The notes under the pieces are model-generated. The model did not search any database, was not told the origin of the DNA, and was given only the letters and a program-made list of their open reading frames with translations. This document shows, one piece after another, positions 7,727 to 17,610 of a stretch of DNA of 64,000 nt. The DNA is from Acidimicrobiales bacterium (lineage in GTDB: Bacteria > Actinomycetota > Acidimicrobiia > Acidimicrobiales > MedAcidi-G1): positions 17,923-81,922 of the forward strand of contig JAERSW010000042.1 in NCBI GenBank assembly GCA_016845305.1, in the 5' to 3' direction. Numbering within the stretch: position 1 is the first letter of the stretch; each line of letters opens with the position of its first letter. A program made the translations under genes and the position numbers.

Positions 7727-10700
7727 ATGGCCCGGTCCTCCCGGACGCTCGTCTCGGTCGTCGCCGTCGCCCTGCTCGCCTCGTCGTGTGGGGGCGGTGG
7801 GCAGGCCGTCGCCCCGTCGTCGTCCTCGAGCACGTCGGCGACGGTCACCGTCGACCCGACCACGACGGCCGACGCCGAGGTCGCTGCAACGACCACGACG
7901 CTCGTCGTCGACACCACAGCGACGACGGAGGCCGCCACCCCGTCGACCCCCGCTCCCGAGGAGGACGCCTCCTCGACGACGGTCGACCCCGCATCGAGCA
8001 CGACGGCCGGAACCAGCGCCTCCACCACCTCCGCGGCGGCCACCACCGCGCCACCGACCACGCTGGCGGAGACGACGACCAGCACCACGACCGCCGGGGC
8101 ATCGACCACCACGGCCGCCGCCGAGCCGGAGCCGCCGACGTTCGACCTGCGCTCGGCCTTCCGGTGCGTGTCGGGGATCCTCGGCCACGACGCCTGGCAC
8201 ACGTGGCGCCGCCGCGCCCCCACCGCTGACGAGACGGCCCGCACGGCCGACTGCCCGGCGGCCACCCACGACCTCCGGTGCGTCGACCGCACGCTGGGCC
8301 TCCAGCGGTCCGACCAGGTGTGGCTCGGGAGCGACGAGCCCACGGCGGCCGAGTTGGAGGCCCTCGAGCCGTGCCGACTCGGAACCACCGACGACCCGAC
8401 CCAGGACACGGGATCGGCCGCGGGCACCACCACGACCGCCGCCCCCGCGACCACCACGACGGCCCCACCGGCCGAGCTGGTGGGCGTCCTCCGATCCGTC
8501 CGGACGCCGGAGGCCGCCCACCGGGCAGCCACGGAGACCGGCTGCTCCACCATGAGTGGTGACCGGTGCACCGAGCTCTCCTGGGAGCAGGTCGGACCAC
8601 TCCGCAACGGAGGCGTGGCCGCCCTGGCCGTCGCACCGACCGACCCGAACGTCGTCTACGCCGGATTCGACGCCAACGACATGAGCTTCTGGCGCTCGGA
8701 CGACGCCGGCGCCACCTGGCAGCAGGTCCACGCCTCGGCCCACACGTCGTCCATCGCCGTCGACCCGACCGACGCCTCGACGGTCCTCTACAGCGTGATC
8801 GAAGGCTGGGTCTACCGCTCGGACACCGGGGGCACGTCACCCGACCAGGTGATGGACCGCCGAAACACCGGCGACTACCGCTTCGGTGCGGTCGCCTACG
8901 CCCCGGGCGACCGAAACGTCGCCTACGCGGCGGCCACCGGCACCCGCGAGGGCGGCGAACAGCGCGGCCGATCGGCGGTGGTCCTGGCCAGCGGCGACGG
9001 CGGGCGGAACTGGCGGGAGGTCGGGTCGTGCGGTGGGTGCGGGATCGTCCACGCCATCGCCGTCGACCCCGCCGACGCCCGGTCCCTGGTCGCCGCCACC
9101 GAGATGGGCATCCGCACCAGCTCCGACGGGGGCGCCACGTGGTCCTCCGACCGCCTTCCCCGCCTCGGCTGGGGCGACAACGTGGTCCTCGACGTGCAGT
9201 TCCGTCCCCACTCGTCGACCCACCTGCTGGCCGCCACGTTCGACCACGGCGTCCTGCGCAGCACCGACGGTGGTACGTCGTGGACGCGATCCAACGACGG
9301 CCTGACCGACACCATGGCCCACGAGGTCCGGTTCGCCCCGAACGCCGGCGACGTCGCCTACGTCACCACCCACGACGGCGTGTTCCGCACCGACGACGGC
9401 GGCCGGACCTGGGAGCCGCGATCCGGTGGCCTCGACTACCGGTACGTCCACGCCATCGCCGTCGACCCCCGCGACCCCGACGTCGCCTACGTCGGGACGG
9501 CGTCGGAGTTGAACCAGCTCCACGCCCAGCACATGCAGGAGGGCCTGCACCGCGGCGAGGGCCTCTTCAAGACCACCGACGGCGGGCGCACCTGGACGCT
9601 CAGCGACTCGGGCATCGAGGAGTCGCGCATGGTGATGGTGACCCCGCACCCCGTCCGGCCGTACGAGGTGTGGACCGGTGCCTCGGCAGGACGGTCCGGC
9701 TACCTGTCCATCGACGCCGGGAGCTCCTGGGCGGTCTCGTCGACACGTGCCTCGCACTACCCGATGGTGTCGGCGTGGTCGTCGACCTTCCCGAGCGTCC
9801 AGTACCTGTCCAGCCTGTCCAGTCGCGTCGAGTTGATCCGCAGCGCCGACGAGGGCCACACGTGGACCTCGTTGTCGGACGCGCTCGGTCGGGGCGTCAG
9901 CGCCCGCAGCCGCGCCAACGGCCAGTACGACGAGTCGCGGCACTTCCACGCCCACACCCACGGCCTGGCCGTCGCTCCGTCGGATCCCGACGTGGTCTAC
10001 GCCGGGACGATCTCCCACCCCAGCCAGTTCGAGCAGTACACCCTGGACGGCGCCCACATCTTCCGGTCGACCGACGGCGGCGACACCTTCACCGAGGTCG
10101 ACGAGGGCTTTCCCACCGCCACCGACACGTCGATCAACGCCATCGTGATCCACCCCACGAACGCCGACATCGTCTACGTGATGACCTCCTCCTACGAGTC
10201 CATCGAGGGCATCGGCATCTACCGGTCGACCGACGGCGGGGACTCGTGGCAGGCCATCAACGACGGCCTCGACCTCGAGACCAACGACCTCCAGATCGAT
10301 CCCGTCGACCCCCGGATCCTCTATGCGGCCACGGCCAGCGGCGTCTACCGGACCACCGACGGCGGCGACAGCTGGCACCTCCGCTCCAACGGCATCTTCG
10401 ACGGGTTCTCGGGGTTCCCGACCCGACGGGAACGCGAGGTGGTCGACCTGGCCATCGACCCGGTCAACCCCAACGTCCTGTACGCCACCGGCTTCAAGGG
10501 CGTCTACCGGACGAAGGACGGCGGCGAGAACTGGTACGTGGCCAACGGCGACCTCCCCGTCGAGTCGTGGCGGGGACACGGCGCCTTCGGGCACGACCGC
10601 AACATCGAGGTCGACGCCACCGGGCAGGTGGTCTACGTCCTCCTCGGCACCCGGAAGCCCGACAACTACGACCCGGTCCGCATGTACCGGGCCGTGCTCG

Positions 10701-10993
10701 GCACCCCGGAGGCCCGCACCTGGACGTTCGCCGCCGGTGGCCGGACCATCACCGTCGAGACGACCTCCCACCTCTCCGGCCTGGTCGTCGACCTCGAACG
10801 GGATCGGGTCCGGTTCGTGGCCGCCGGACCCGGTGGGACCGAGGCCCGGACCACCGTCACCATCCCGTCCGAGTTCGTGGACGGCCCCGCCGGCGTGACC
10901 GTCGACGGGATCTCCGTCCCGGCCACGATCGACGGACAGACGATCACCTTCGCCTACCCCCACGACGGCGAGGGCACCGTCGTGGTCCGCTGA
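7727..10993 (+). CDS. large secreted lipoprotein with about 12 BNR/Asp-box repeats (double beta-propeller, GH74/sortilin/Ycf48-like)
   Basis: MARSSRTLVSVVAVALLASSCGGG carries a lipobox. A roughly 260-aa Thr/Ala/Ser/Pro low-complexity linker follows. Repeated S/T-x-D-G-G-x-T/S-W motifs include SDDAGATW, SGDGGRNW, SSDGGATW, STDGGTSW, TDDGGRTW, TTDGGRTW, STDGGDSW, TTDGGDSW and TKDGGENW. Confidence 0.88.
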   Translation: MARSSRTLVSVVAVALLASSCGGGGQAVAPSSSSSTSATVTVDPTTTADAEVAATTTTLVVDTTATTEAATPSTPAPEEDASSTTVDPASSTTAGTSASTTSAAATTAPPTTLAETTTSTTTAGASTTTAAAEPEPPTFDLRSAFRCVSGILGHDAWHTWRRRAPTADETARTADCPAATHDLRCVDRTLGLQRSDQVWLGSDEPTAAELEALEPCRLGTTDDPTQDTGSAAGTTTTAAPATTTTAPPAELVGVLRSVRTPEAAHRAATETGCSTMSGDRCTELSWEQVGPLRNGGVAALAVAPTDPNVVYAGFDANDMSFWRSDDAGATWQQVHASAHTSSIAVDPTDASTVLYSVIEGWVYRSDTGGTSPDQVMDRRNTGDYRFGAVAYAPGDRNVAYAAATGTREGGEQRGRSAVVLASGDGGRNWREVGSCGGCGIVHAIAVDPADARSLVAATEMGIRTSSDGGATWSSDRLPRLGWGDNVVLDVQFRPHSSTHLLAATFDHGVLRSTDGGTSWTRSNDGLTDTMAHEVRFAPNAGDVAYVTTHDGVFRTDDGGRTWEPRSGGLDYRYVHAIAVDPRDPDVAYVGTASELNQLHAQHMQEGLHRGEGLFKTTDGGRTWTLSDSGIEESRMVMVTPHPVRPYEVWTGASAGRSGYLSIDAGSSWAVSSTRASHYPMVSAWSSTFPSVQYLSSLSSRVELIRSADEGHTWTSLSDALGRGVSARSRANGQYDESRHFHAHTHGLAVAPSDPDVVYAGTISHPSQFEQYTLDGAHIFRSTDGGDTFTEVDEGFPTATDTSINAIVIHPTNADIVYVMTSSYESIEGIGIYRSTDGGDSWQAINDGLDLETNDLQIDPVDPRILYAATASGVYRTTDGGDSWHLRSNGIFDGFSGFPTRREREVVDLAIDPVNPNVLYATGFKGVYRTKDGGENWYVANGDLPVESWRGHGAFGHDRNIEVDATGQVVYVLLGTRKPDNYDPVRMYRAVLGTPEARTWTFAAGGRTITVETTSHLSGLVVDLERDRVRFVAAGPGGTEARTTVTIPSEFVDGPAGVTVDGISVPATIDGQTITFAYPHDGEGTVVVR

Positions 10994-11010
10994 GTCCGCC
11001 CGGAGGACGG

Positions 11011-12270
11011 TCAGCCGGTCGCTGACGACCCGGCGCCGACCAGCGAGCACGGGTCGACGCCGCGCAGCGCCAGGACCCGCTCGACGGCCTCGTCCAGCCA
11101 GGCACCGTCCAGGGTCCGGTCGTCGAGGGCGGCCACCAGGCCCCAGGCGGCGGGCACCACGTTGGCCAGTCCGCCGACCATCAGGAGGTCGGCACCGGCG
11201 ATCAGGGCCAGGCGGGCCGCCGTCGGCACGTCGACCAACTGGGCGACGGCCCCCATCGACAGGTCGTCGGTGACCACCACCCCGTCGAAGCCCAGCTCGC
11301 CGCGCAGCAGGCCGGTGACGGCAGCCGCCGACAGCGACGCCGGCACCCCCTCGGTCAGGCCCGGCACGGCCAGGTGTCCGACCATGACCGCCGTCCCGTC
11401 CGGCACCAGGGAGAACGGCAGCAGGTCCACCTCGCGCAGGTCGTCGACCGGTGGCGTGGTGGCCAGTTCGTCGTGACTGTCGGCGTTGGCCCGGCCGTGC
11501 CCCGGGAAGTGCTTGGCCACCGGGACCAGGCCACCGGCCAGCACGCCCTCGGCAAAGGCCGCTCCGAGACCGGCCACCAGCACCGGGTCGTCGGAGAAGG
11601 ACCGGGCTCCGATGCCCGGCGCGGGTCCGACGTCCAGGACCGGCGCCAGGTTGACGGTGACGCCGTGCCCGGCCAGGGCCGACGCCCGCTCGGAGGCCAC
11701 CCGTCGGACCTCGTCGGCCGGCCAGGCGGCCATCTCGGCGGCCGACGGGAGGTCGCCGAGCAACGAGGCGAACCGCTGCACGGTCCCGCCCTCCTCGTCG
11801 ACGGCGATGACGACCGGACCGGTGGCCGAGGCCTCCTGGACGGCGGCCACCGCCGGAGCGAAGCCGTCGCCGGCCGGCCCGACGACCACGGCGCCGGCCA
11901 CGAGGCCACGGGCCGCGAGGTCGGCGACCACGGGAAGCTCGGCCTGGGCGACCACCGGCAGGAGGACCTGGCCGACACGCAGCCCGACGGGGAGGTCGGC
12001 CACGCACTCCAGCGCGGTCGGCCCCAGCACCACCGTGGTGGTGGTCGTCGTGGCGGGAACGGCCGTGGTGACCGGCGCGACCGTGGTCGCGGGCGCCGTC
12101 GAGGTGGTGCGGACGACCGTCGTGGCGGGAACGATCGTGGTGGTCGGCACCGCGGTGATCGACACGGTGACGGGTGGCCGCACGTCCTCCTCGCCACGGC
12201 CGCACCCGCCGGCCACCAACGCCCAGGCCAGGGAGGTGACCAGCGCCGCGACGATCACCCGGACCCGCAT
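11011..12270 (-). CDS. glycoside hydrolase family 3 N-terminal domain lipoprotein (beta-N-acetylhexosaminidase, NagZ-like)
   Basis: Internal ATG (cat 12268-12270) gives MRVRVIVAALVTSLAWALVAGGCGRG (lipobox), then a Thr-rich linker and the KHFPGHG motif. Confidence 0.88.
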   Translation of the reverse strand: MRVRVIVAALVTSLAWALVAGGCGRGEEDVRPPVTVSITAVPTTTIVPATTVVRTTSTAPATTVAPVTTAVPATTTTTTVVLGPTALECVADLPVGLRVGQVLLPVVAQAELPVVADLAARGLVAGAVVVGPAGDGFAPAVAAVQEASATGPVVIAVDEEGGTVQRFASLLGDLPSAAEMAAWPADEVRRVASERASALAGHGVTVNLAPVLDVGPAPGIGARSFSDDPVLVAGLGAAFAEGVLAGGLVPVAKHFPGHGRANADSHDELATTPPVDDLREVDLLPFSLVPDGTAVMVGHLAVPGLTEGVPASLSAAAVTGLLRGELGFDGVVVTDDLSMGAVAQLVDVPTAARLALIAGADLLMVGGLANVVPAAWGLVAALDDRTLDGAWLDEAVERVLALRGVDPCSLVGAGSSATG

Positions 12271-12371
12271 GGGGAGAGTGCACCACACCCACCGCGGCCT
12301 CGCCGGTCGCCCACCCGACCACCCCGTCCGGGCACCCGAACGGGAACGTCCGCCCCGCCTAGCCTGCGCCC

Positions 12372-13163
12372 ATGCGCACCCTCCTCGTGCTGGCCGTCGC
12401 CGCGGCCACGGTGGTCGCCGTCCTGTTCTTCGGCCTCGGAGGCATCGGAGGGGATGCCGAGGTGGCCACCCCACCGACCATCGCCCCGTCGGGGGCCGCG
12501 TCGGGGACAACGTCCGGCGACCCCGGCGGCGACGGTGCCGTCGTCGCCACCACGTGGGCCGTGGCCACCACCACGACGAGGGACCCGGACGCCGAACCGA
12601 CTCTGGTGGCCGTGACCACCACGGCCGCGCCGGCCGGCGTGGCCACCACCACCGTCGCCACCCAATCACTCGGCACCCTCGCCCCCATCGAAGGCCTCGG
12701 CCACCCCACCCTCGACGCCGGCTCGTCGGTCAGCACGGTGGGCATCGACCGGATCATGTTCGGCATGACCGTCCACGACGCCCAGGTGGCCGCCGGCAGC
12801 CGCTTCACGCCGGTGACCCCGGTCGGCCACTGCTTCCTCGTCGTCCCCGAGGCAGGCCAGGCGGGCCTCACCTTCTGGGTGGTGGCCGGCACCGTGGAAC
12901 GGGTCGACGTCGACACCCGGACCGTCACCACCCGGTCGGGGGCCGGGATCGGCAACACCGAGGACCGCATCCGGGAGATGTTCGGGGAGCGCATCCACAC
13001 CACGCCCCTGCCCGACGGCTCCGGCAACCTGCTGGCCTACGTCCCCAAGGACGTCCAGGACGCCACCTACCGGGTCATGTTCCTCAGCAACGGGATCCAG
13101 ATCACCCGCATGTGGGCCGGACGCCTCCCCTGGGTGGAGGAACTGGGCGGCTGCCCGGCATGA
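12372..13163 (+). CDS. hypothetical membrane-anchored or secreted protein with a Thr-rich linker
   Basis: MRTLLVLAVAAATVVAVLFFGLGG is an N-terminal TM or signal segment, followed by a T/A/G/P-rich linker and a roughly 150-aa C-terminal domain. I do not recognise a family. Confidence 0.6.
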   Translation: MRTLLVLAVAAATVVAVLFFGLGGIGGDAEVATPPTIAPSGAASGTTSGDPGGDGAVVATTWAVATTTTRDPDAEPTLVAVTTTAAPAGVATTTVATQSLGTLAPIEGLGHPTLDAGSSVSTVGIDRIMFGMTVHDAQVAAGSRFTPVTPVGHCFLVVPEAGQAGLTFWVVAGTVERVDVDTRTVTTRSGAGIGNTEDRIREMFGERIHTTPLPDGSGNLLAYVPKDVQDATYRVMFLSNGIQITRMWAGRLPWVEELGGCPA

Positions 13164-13199
13164 GACCGGCCGGGACGTGATCCGGCGACCCTCGGAGGA

Positions 13200-13697
13200 T
13201 CAGTACCCCTCGGGCAGGTCGTGGACGTACTCGGCGCAGCTCACGAACACGGCGCCGTAGCCGATCCGCTCGCCGACGCCGGACTCCAGGTCGAGGCCCC
13301 GGACCCACTCGATGGCGCCGGCGCTGATCGTGCCATCGTGGGCGAAGACCTCCAGCGGGCCGTCCAACGACGCCTCGTAGCGCACCGACCCGCCGATGGT
13401 CAGGCCCACGTAGGGCTGGCCGAGGAACCCCTGGACGATCGCCTCCACGTGCTGGCCGCTCTCGGGATGCTCTCCCACGCCGATGGCCGCCACGTCGCCG
13501 GCCCCCGGCGAGTAGCAGGTGAAGGCCAGGTCGAACGACCGGTCCCCGACCTGGACCCAGCCGTTGGTCGGCACCCCGGGTTCCGGTTCGACGGTCGTCG
13601 TCGTGGGCGCCACGGTGGATGTCGGCACCGGCGCGGCGCCGCCGTCGCCGCAGGCCGACGCCAGGAGGACCAGCAGGCCGATGGCGACGACCCTCAC
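13200..13697 (-). CDS. hypothetical lipoprotein
   Basis: The GTG start 13695-13697 overlaps the upstream stop (GTGA). VRVVAIGLLVLLASACGDGG carries a lipobox and is followed by a TTTT linker. It is the C-terminal part of ORF 13200..14462. Confidence 0.6.
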   Translation of the reverse strand: MRVVAIGLLVLLASACGDGGAAPVPTSTVAPTTTTVEPEPGVPTNGWVQVGDRSFDLAFTCYSPGAGDVAAIGVGEHPESGQHVEAIVQGFLGQPYVGLTIGGSVRYEASLDGPLEVFAHDGTISAGAIEWVRGLDLESGVGERIGYGAVFVSCAEYVHDLPEGY

Positions 13698-14248
13698 GCG
13701 ACGACCACCGGCGTCCGGAGCAGCAGTTCCATCCGGCGGTCGGCCAGGCACCAGGCCTCCACCCCGTCGGCCGGCCGGCCCGCGGCGACCAGCCCGGCAT
13801 CGGCCTCGACCACCAGCACCGCCTCGTCGACCGTCCCGAAGGGTCGCTCGTAGGCCACCACCTCGGCCGTCCCCCAGTCGGCGTCCACCCCCGCCAGGGC
13901 GACGGCCAACGCCGCGGGAACCGCCGACCCCGGCTCGGGTCGGTCGCCGTTCGCCCCGCCCCGCCACACCTCGACCCACCGCCCCGGGCGATCGGCCGGT
14001 CCCAGTCGGAGCCCCGCGGCCCGGAGGCGTCGCACGAGGTCCCGACCCCGGACCGCCTCGGCGCCGAGGGCCAACGCCCTCTCGCGGGCGTCGGCCGGGA
14101 CGTCGTAGTGGTCGCCCTGGAAGGCCATGCGCCGCAGGCCGAGCCGCTGGGCGAACGCGTGGAGCTCGCCGACGCTCTCGTCGCTCACCAGGTGCGCCCA
14201 GCGGGCGCCCCTCCACGGCCACACGGCCTCGTCGACCAGCACGGCCAC
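13694..14248 (-). CDS. DUF4031 domain-containing protein
   Basis: VAVLVDEAVWPWRGARWAHLVSDESVGELHAFAQRLGLRRMAFQGDHYDVP... matches the DUF4031 pattern. GTG at 14246-14248 (alternative start 14242). Confidence 0.7.
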   Translation of the reverse strand: MAVLVDEAVWPWRGARWAHLVSDESVGELHAFAQRLGLRRMAFQGDHYDVPADARERALALGAEAVRGRDLVRRLRAAGLRLGPADRPGRWVEVWRGGANGDRPEPGSAVPAALAVALAGVDADWGTAEVVAYERPFGTVDEAVLVVEADAGLVAAGRPADGVEAWCLADRRMELLLRTPVVVA

Positions 14249-14351
14249 GGCGACGATGTTGCCCGACCGGCGGCCCCGACCGCCACCGGGGCCGGGAGGC
14301 GGCGAACGGACCGACCCGGCGGCGCATGTCCGGGAATGGGAGACTCCGCTC

Positions 14352-14636
14352 GTGGCGACGAACTCCGGAGTGGCGGACGAGGTGGTGACCCTCCGGCTGC
14401 CCGCCACGCTCCCCATCGACGACCTCCCCCGGGTGGCCCTCGCCGCGCTGCTCCGCATCCACCGCATCGACCCCGCCGACGTGGGCGACCTCGCCGCATC
14501 GGTCCAGGACATGGCGAACGAGATGAACGCCTCGGGCTCCGACGTCACCGTCGACTACCGGATCGACGGGTCCGAGGTGGCGGTCGACCTCAGCGGCGAC
14601 GGCCGCACGCTGCGCATCACCGCCCCCCGACGCTGA
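14352..14636 (+). CDS. small hypothetical protein (94 aa)
   Basis: Tail of ORF 14127..14636. GTG 14352 is preceded by GGGAGA at 14338-14343. Product: VATNSGVADEVVTLRLPATLPIDDLPRVALAALLRIHRIDPADVGDL...TVDYRIDGSEVAVDLSGDGRTLRITAPRR. Confidence 0.45.
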   Translation: MATNSGVADEVVTLRLPATLPIDDLPRVALAALLRIHRIDPADVGDLAASVQDMANEMNASGSDVTVDYRIDGSEVAVDLSGDGRTLRITAPRR

Positions 14637-14660
14637 GGCCGGCCGCCGGCGCCCCGGGCC

Positions 14661-15323
14661 TCAGGCCCGACGGACCACCGCCCACGTGGCCTCGCCCACC
14701 GTCGAGTCCACGGCATCCCAGCCCACGCCGGTGGCCGACTCCAGGGCATCCACGACGGCCCCGGTCGACAGGTGGATGGGCGTCTCCGGCCCCCGGCTGT
14801 TCACCCACACCAGCGCCCCGTCGGCGGCCAGGCACCGGTCGACCTCGGCGGCGAACAGGAACATGTTCTGCAGGATCAGCACGTCGAGCACGCCGTCGAC
14901 CAGCGGCAACGACGAGCCGTCGGCACACACCAGCGGCGGTGCCCCATCCACGGCGTTCGACAGCATCCCCCACGAGAGGTCGGCGGCCACGAACGTGTCG
15001 AACCGTCCGGCCAGGTCCCGGGCCGAGATGCAGGTCCCGGCCCCCAGCTCCAGCACCGTGCGCCCGTCGACCCCTCCACGGGACACACCGCCCCGCTCCA
15101 GGGCGTCGAGCACCGGCAGGTTGCGCCTCGGATGGTCGCGGGTGGCCGTCCAGTCCGGGGCCAACGAGTCGAACAGGTCGCGGACCTCCCCGACCAGCCC
15201 CTCGTTCCACGTCCCGTCGGCGGCCACCAGCTCGGTGACCTGCCGCATCCGGTGGTTCACGACCGTGCCGCGGGTCCCCTCGTCGGCACCGTCGATCCCC
15301 GAGAGGTGCGTGATCGTTCCCAC
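14661..15323 (-). CDS. class I SAM-dependent methyltransferase
   Basis: VLELGAGTCISARDLAG is the SAM-binding motif I, followed by DVLILQNMFLF. Start is GTG 15321-15323 or ATG 15248. Confidence 0.75.
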   Translation of the reverse strand: MGTITHLSGIDGADEGTRGTVVNHRMRQVTELVAADGTWNEGLVGEVRDLFDSLAPDWTATRDHPRRNLPVLDALERGGVSRGGVDGRTVLELGAGTCISARDLAGRFDTFVAADLSWGMLSNAVDGAPPLVCADGSSLPLVDGVLDVLILQNMFLFAAEVDRCLAADGALVWVNSRGPETPIHLSTGAVVDALESATGVGWDAVDSTVGEATWAVVRRA

Positions 15324-15346
15324 GGACGGCCCCGGTCGCCCGGAGG

Positions 15347-15784
15347 TCAACGCCCGGTCGAGCCGAAGCCGCCCTCGCCGCGCTCCGACGGGGGCAGCTC
15401 GTCGACCAGGGCGAAGCGGCACTCCTCGACACGCTGGATGACCAGCTGGGCGATCCGCTCGCCGCGCACCACCTCGAACGGCTCGGACGGGTCGGTGTTG
15501 ACCAGCAGCACCTTCAGCTCGCCCCGGTAGCCGGAGTCGATGAGGCCCGGCGTGTTCAGGCAGGTCACGCCGTGCTTCAGGGCCAGGCCGCTGCGCGGCT
15601 GGACGAACCCGGCGTAGCCGGCCGGAATGGCGATGGCCGCCCCGGTCGGCACCAGGGCCCGACCACCCCCCGGGGCCAGCGTGAGGTCCTCGGCGGCCAC
15701 CAGGTCGGCCCCCGCGTCGCCCTCGCGGGCGTACGCCGGCAGCGGCAGGTCGTCGACGAGGCGGACCAGGGGGATCTCCAGCAC
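15347..15784 (-). CDS. dut: dUTP diphosphatase
   Basis: [30 protein letters not shown]...[34 protein letters not shown]...GFGSTGR. All dUTPase motifs are present. GTG start 15782-15784. Confidence 0.93.
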   Translation of the reverse strand: MLEIPLVRLVDDLPLPAYAREGDAGADLVAAEDLTLAPGGGRALVPTGAAIAIPAGYAGFVQPRSGLALKHGVTCLNTPGLIDSGYRGELKVLLVNTDPSEPFEVVRGERIAQLVIQRVEECRFALVDELPPSERGEGGFGSTGR

Positions 15785-15860
15785 GGCGGCGACCCTAGCC
15801 CTCGGCCCGCGCCACGACGGGCGCCCGAGGACGCGGTGGGCACGCCGTAGGCTCGGCGCC

Positions 15861-16406
15861 GTGCTGGCATGGATGGACCTCGAGATGACCGGGCTGGACC
15901 CCGACGTCGACGTCATCGTCGAGATCGCCACCCTGGTCACCGACGACGACCTGGAGATCGTCGCCGAGGGTCCCGACCTGGTCGTCCACCAGCCTCCCGA
16001 GGTGCTGAACCGGATGGACGACTTCGTCCGCACCATGCACACCCGCAGCGGCCTGCTCGACGCCATCGCCGCGTCGACCACGACGCTGGCCGAGGCCGGC
16101 GAGGCGACGCTCGACTTCCTGAAGGCCCACATCGGCGAGGCGGCCACCGTACCGCTGTGCGGCAACTCGATCGGGACCGATCGGCGCTTCCTGGCCCGGT
16201 ACCTCCCCGACGTCGAGGGGTTCCTCCACTACCGGTCGGTGGACGTGTCGACCATCAAGGAACTGGCCCGCCGGTGGCACCCCGAGGTGGTGAAGTCGGC
16301 CCCCGAGAAGGCCGGCGGCCACCGGGCCATGGACGACATCCGGGAGTCGGTGGCCGAGCTCCGCCACTACCGGACCGCCCTCTTCAGCGGCGACCGCGCC
16401 CACTGA
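15861..16406 (+). CDS. orn: oligoribonuclease
   Basis: [31 protein letters not shown]...[12 protein letters not shown]...[13 protein letters not shown]...[17 protein letters not shown], a DEDDh exonuclease. GTG start at 15861. Confidence 0.92.
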   Translation: MLAWMDLEMTGLDPDVDVIVEIATLVTDDDLEIVAEGPDLVVHQPPEVLNRMDDFVRTMHTRSGLLDAIAASTTTLAEAGEATLDFLKAHIGEAATVPLCGNSIGTDRRFLARYLPDVEGFLHYRSVDVSTIKELARRWHPEVVKSAPEKAGGHRAMDDIRESVAELRHYRTALFSGDRAH

Positions 16407-16468
16407 CCCCACCCCGCTGACGACATCCCGCTGACAGGCCCGTCGACGGGCCCTCCTAGGGTCGACCC

Positions 16469-17569
16469 ATGACCTCCACGGCCGACGGGCACGCCTCCGA
16501 CGCGCCCCGGCCGGTCCGCCAGGAGCAGGAGGAGGCGTCGACCGAGGTGGCCGAGATGGCCCCCGGCCTCTACCGGTTCCAGCTCCCCATCTCGATGCCG
16601 GGCCTCGGCCACGTCAACTGCTACGCCCTCGAGGACGCCGACGGCTTCACCCTCGTCGACCCGGGCCTGCCCAGCATCGAGTCGTGGGAGGCCCTCGGCC
16701 ACCGGCTCGCCCAGGTCGGCGCCGACCACTCCCGGGTCCACACCGCGGTGGTCACCCACAGCCACCCCGACCACTTCGGCGGCGTCCACCGCCTCCGCGA
16801 CGACCACGGCACCCGGGTCCTGACCCACGAGGACTTCCGCTCGGTGTGGATGGACTCGGCGCTGGACGACGGGATGGACGGCGTGGAGCTGGACCTGGCC
16901 GACGACGAGGACCTCGAGCGGGTCCGGACGCTGATGGCCCGACCCACCCCGTGGGGGGCGACCCGCCAGGCCCCGCCGGCCACCGAGCTCCGGAAGTGGT
17001 CGGAGATGGACGTGACCGGCGGGTCGCGGTCGTGGCGGGTACCCGTTCCGTCGACCACGGTCGTCGACGGCGAGGAGCTGGTCCTCGGCGGCCGCACCTG
17101 GCTGTCGTTGCACACGCCCGGCCACACCCACGACCACCTGTGCCTCTACGACCCGGTCGACGGGATCCTGCTGTCCGGCGACCACGTCCTGCCCACCATC
17201 ACCCCGCACATCGGCGGCATCGGTCCCATGGACGACCCGCTGGCCACCTTCTTCCGGTCGCTGGAGCGCATGAAGGAGCTGCCCGGGCTCCGCCAGGTGC
17301 TGCCCGCCCACGGGCACCCGTTCGACGACGTGGCCGACCGGGTCGACCACATCGTCGACCACCACGGCGAGCGCCTGGAGACCATCCGCGAGGCCGGCGA
17401 CGAGCTGGGCAGCGCCACGGTCGAGGCCTACATGCAGCGGCTGTTCAAGGAGCGCTCGTGGGGCGACATGGCGGCCAGCGAGACCTACGCCCACCTCGAG
17501 CACCTCCGGATCATGGGCCGGGCCACGAGGGACGAAGTCGCAGGTCAGGCCCTGTATTCGACGTCCTGA
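16469..17569 (+). CDS. MBL-fold metallo-hydrolase
   Basis: 366-aa ORF with LVDPG...VVTHSHPDHFGG (H-x-H-x-D-H motif). Confidence 0.88.
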   Translation: MTSTADGHASDAPRPVRQEQEEASTEVAEMAPGLYRFQLPISMPGLGHVNCYALEDADGFTLVDPGLPSIESWEALGHRLAQVGADHSRVHTAVVTHSHPDHFGGVHRLRDDHGTRVLTHEDFRSVWMDSALDDGMDGVELDLADDEDLERVRTLMARPTPWGATRQAPPATELRKWSEMDVTGGSRSWRVPVPSTTVVDGEELVLGGRTWLSLHTPGHTHDHLCLYDPVDGILLSGDHVLPTITPHIGGIGPMDDPLATFFRSLERMKELPGLRQVLPAHGHPFDDVADRVDHIVDHHGERLETIREAGDELGSATVEAYMQRLFKERSWGDMAASETYAHLEHLRIMGRATRDEVAGQALYSTS

Positions 17570-17610
17570 TTTATTCAGTTGACCCGGGGTGACCGGATCG
17601 ACTCGGATGA
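17567..17610 (+). promoter_or_regulatory. candidate WhiB7-type promoter: AT-rich tract abutting a -35-like TTGACC
   Basis: TGATTTATTCAG (17567-17578) is the only AT-rich patch in the area. It sits directly upstream of TTGACC (17579-17584). No convincing -10 hexamer was found. Confidence 0.35.

Noticed and set aside
7780-8520. Repetitive-looking DNA that might suggest a CRISPR array or tandem repeat array.
   Set aside because: It is in-frame Thr/Ala/Ser/Pro codon low-complexity sequence within the BNR lipoprotein linker. There are no regularly spaced identical repeats or spacers.
8837-12322. 1161-aa minus-strand ORF, the longest in the track.
   Set aside because: It runs antisense through the BNR-repeat gene and out of frame through the GH3 gene. 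Its composition is dominated by R/G/P/A, and both overlapped genes have strong independent evidence.
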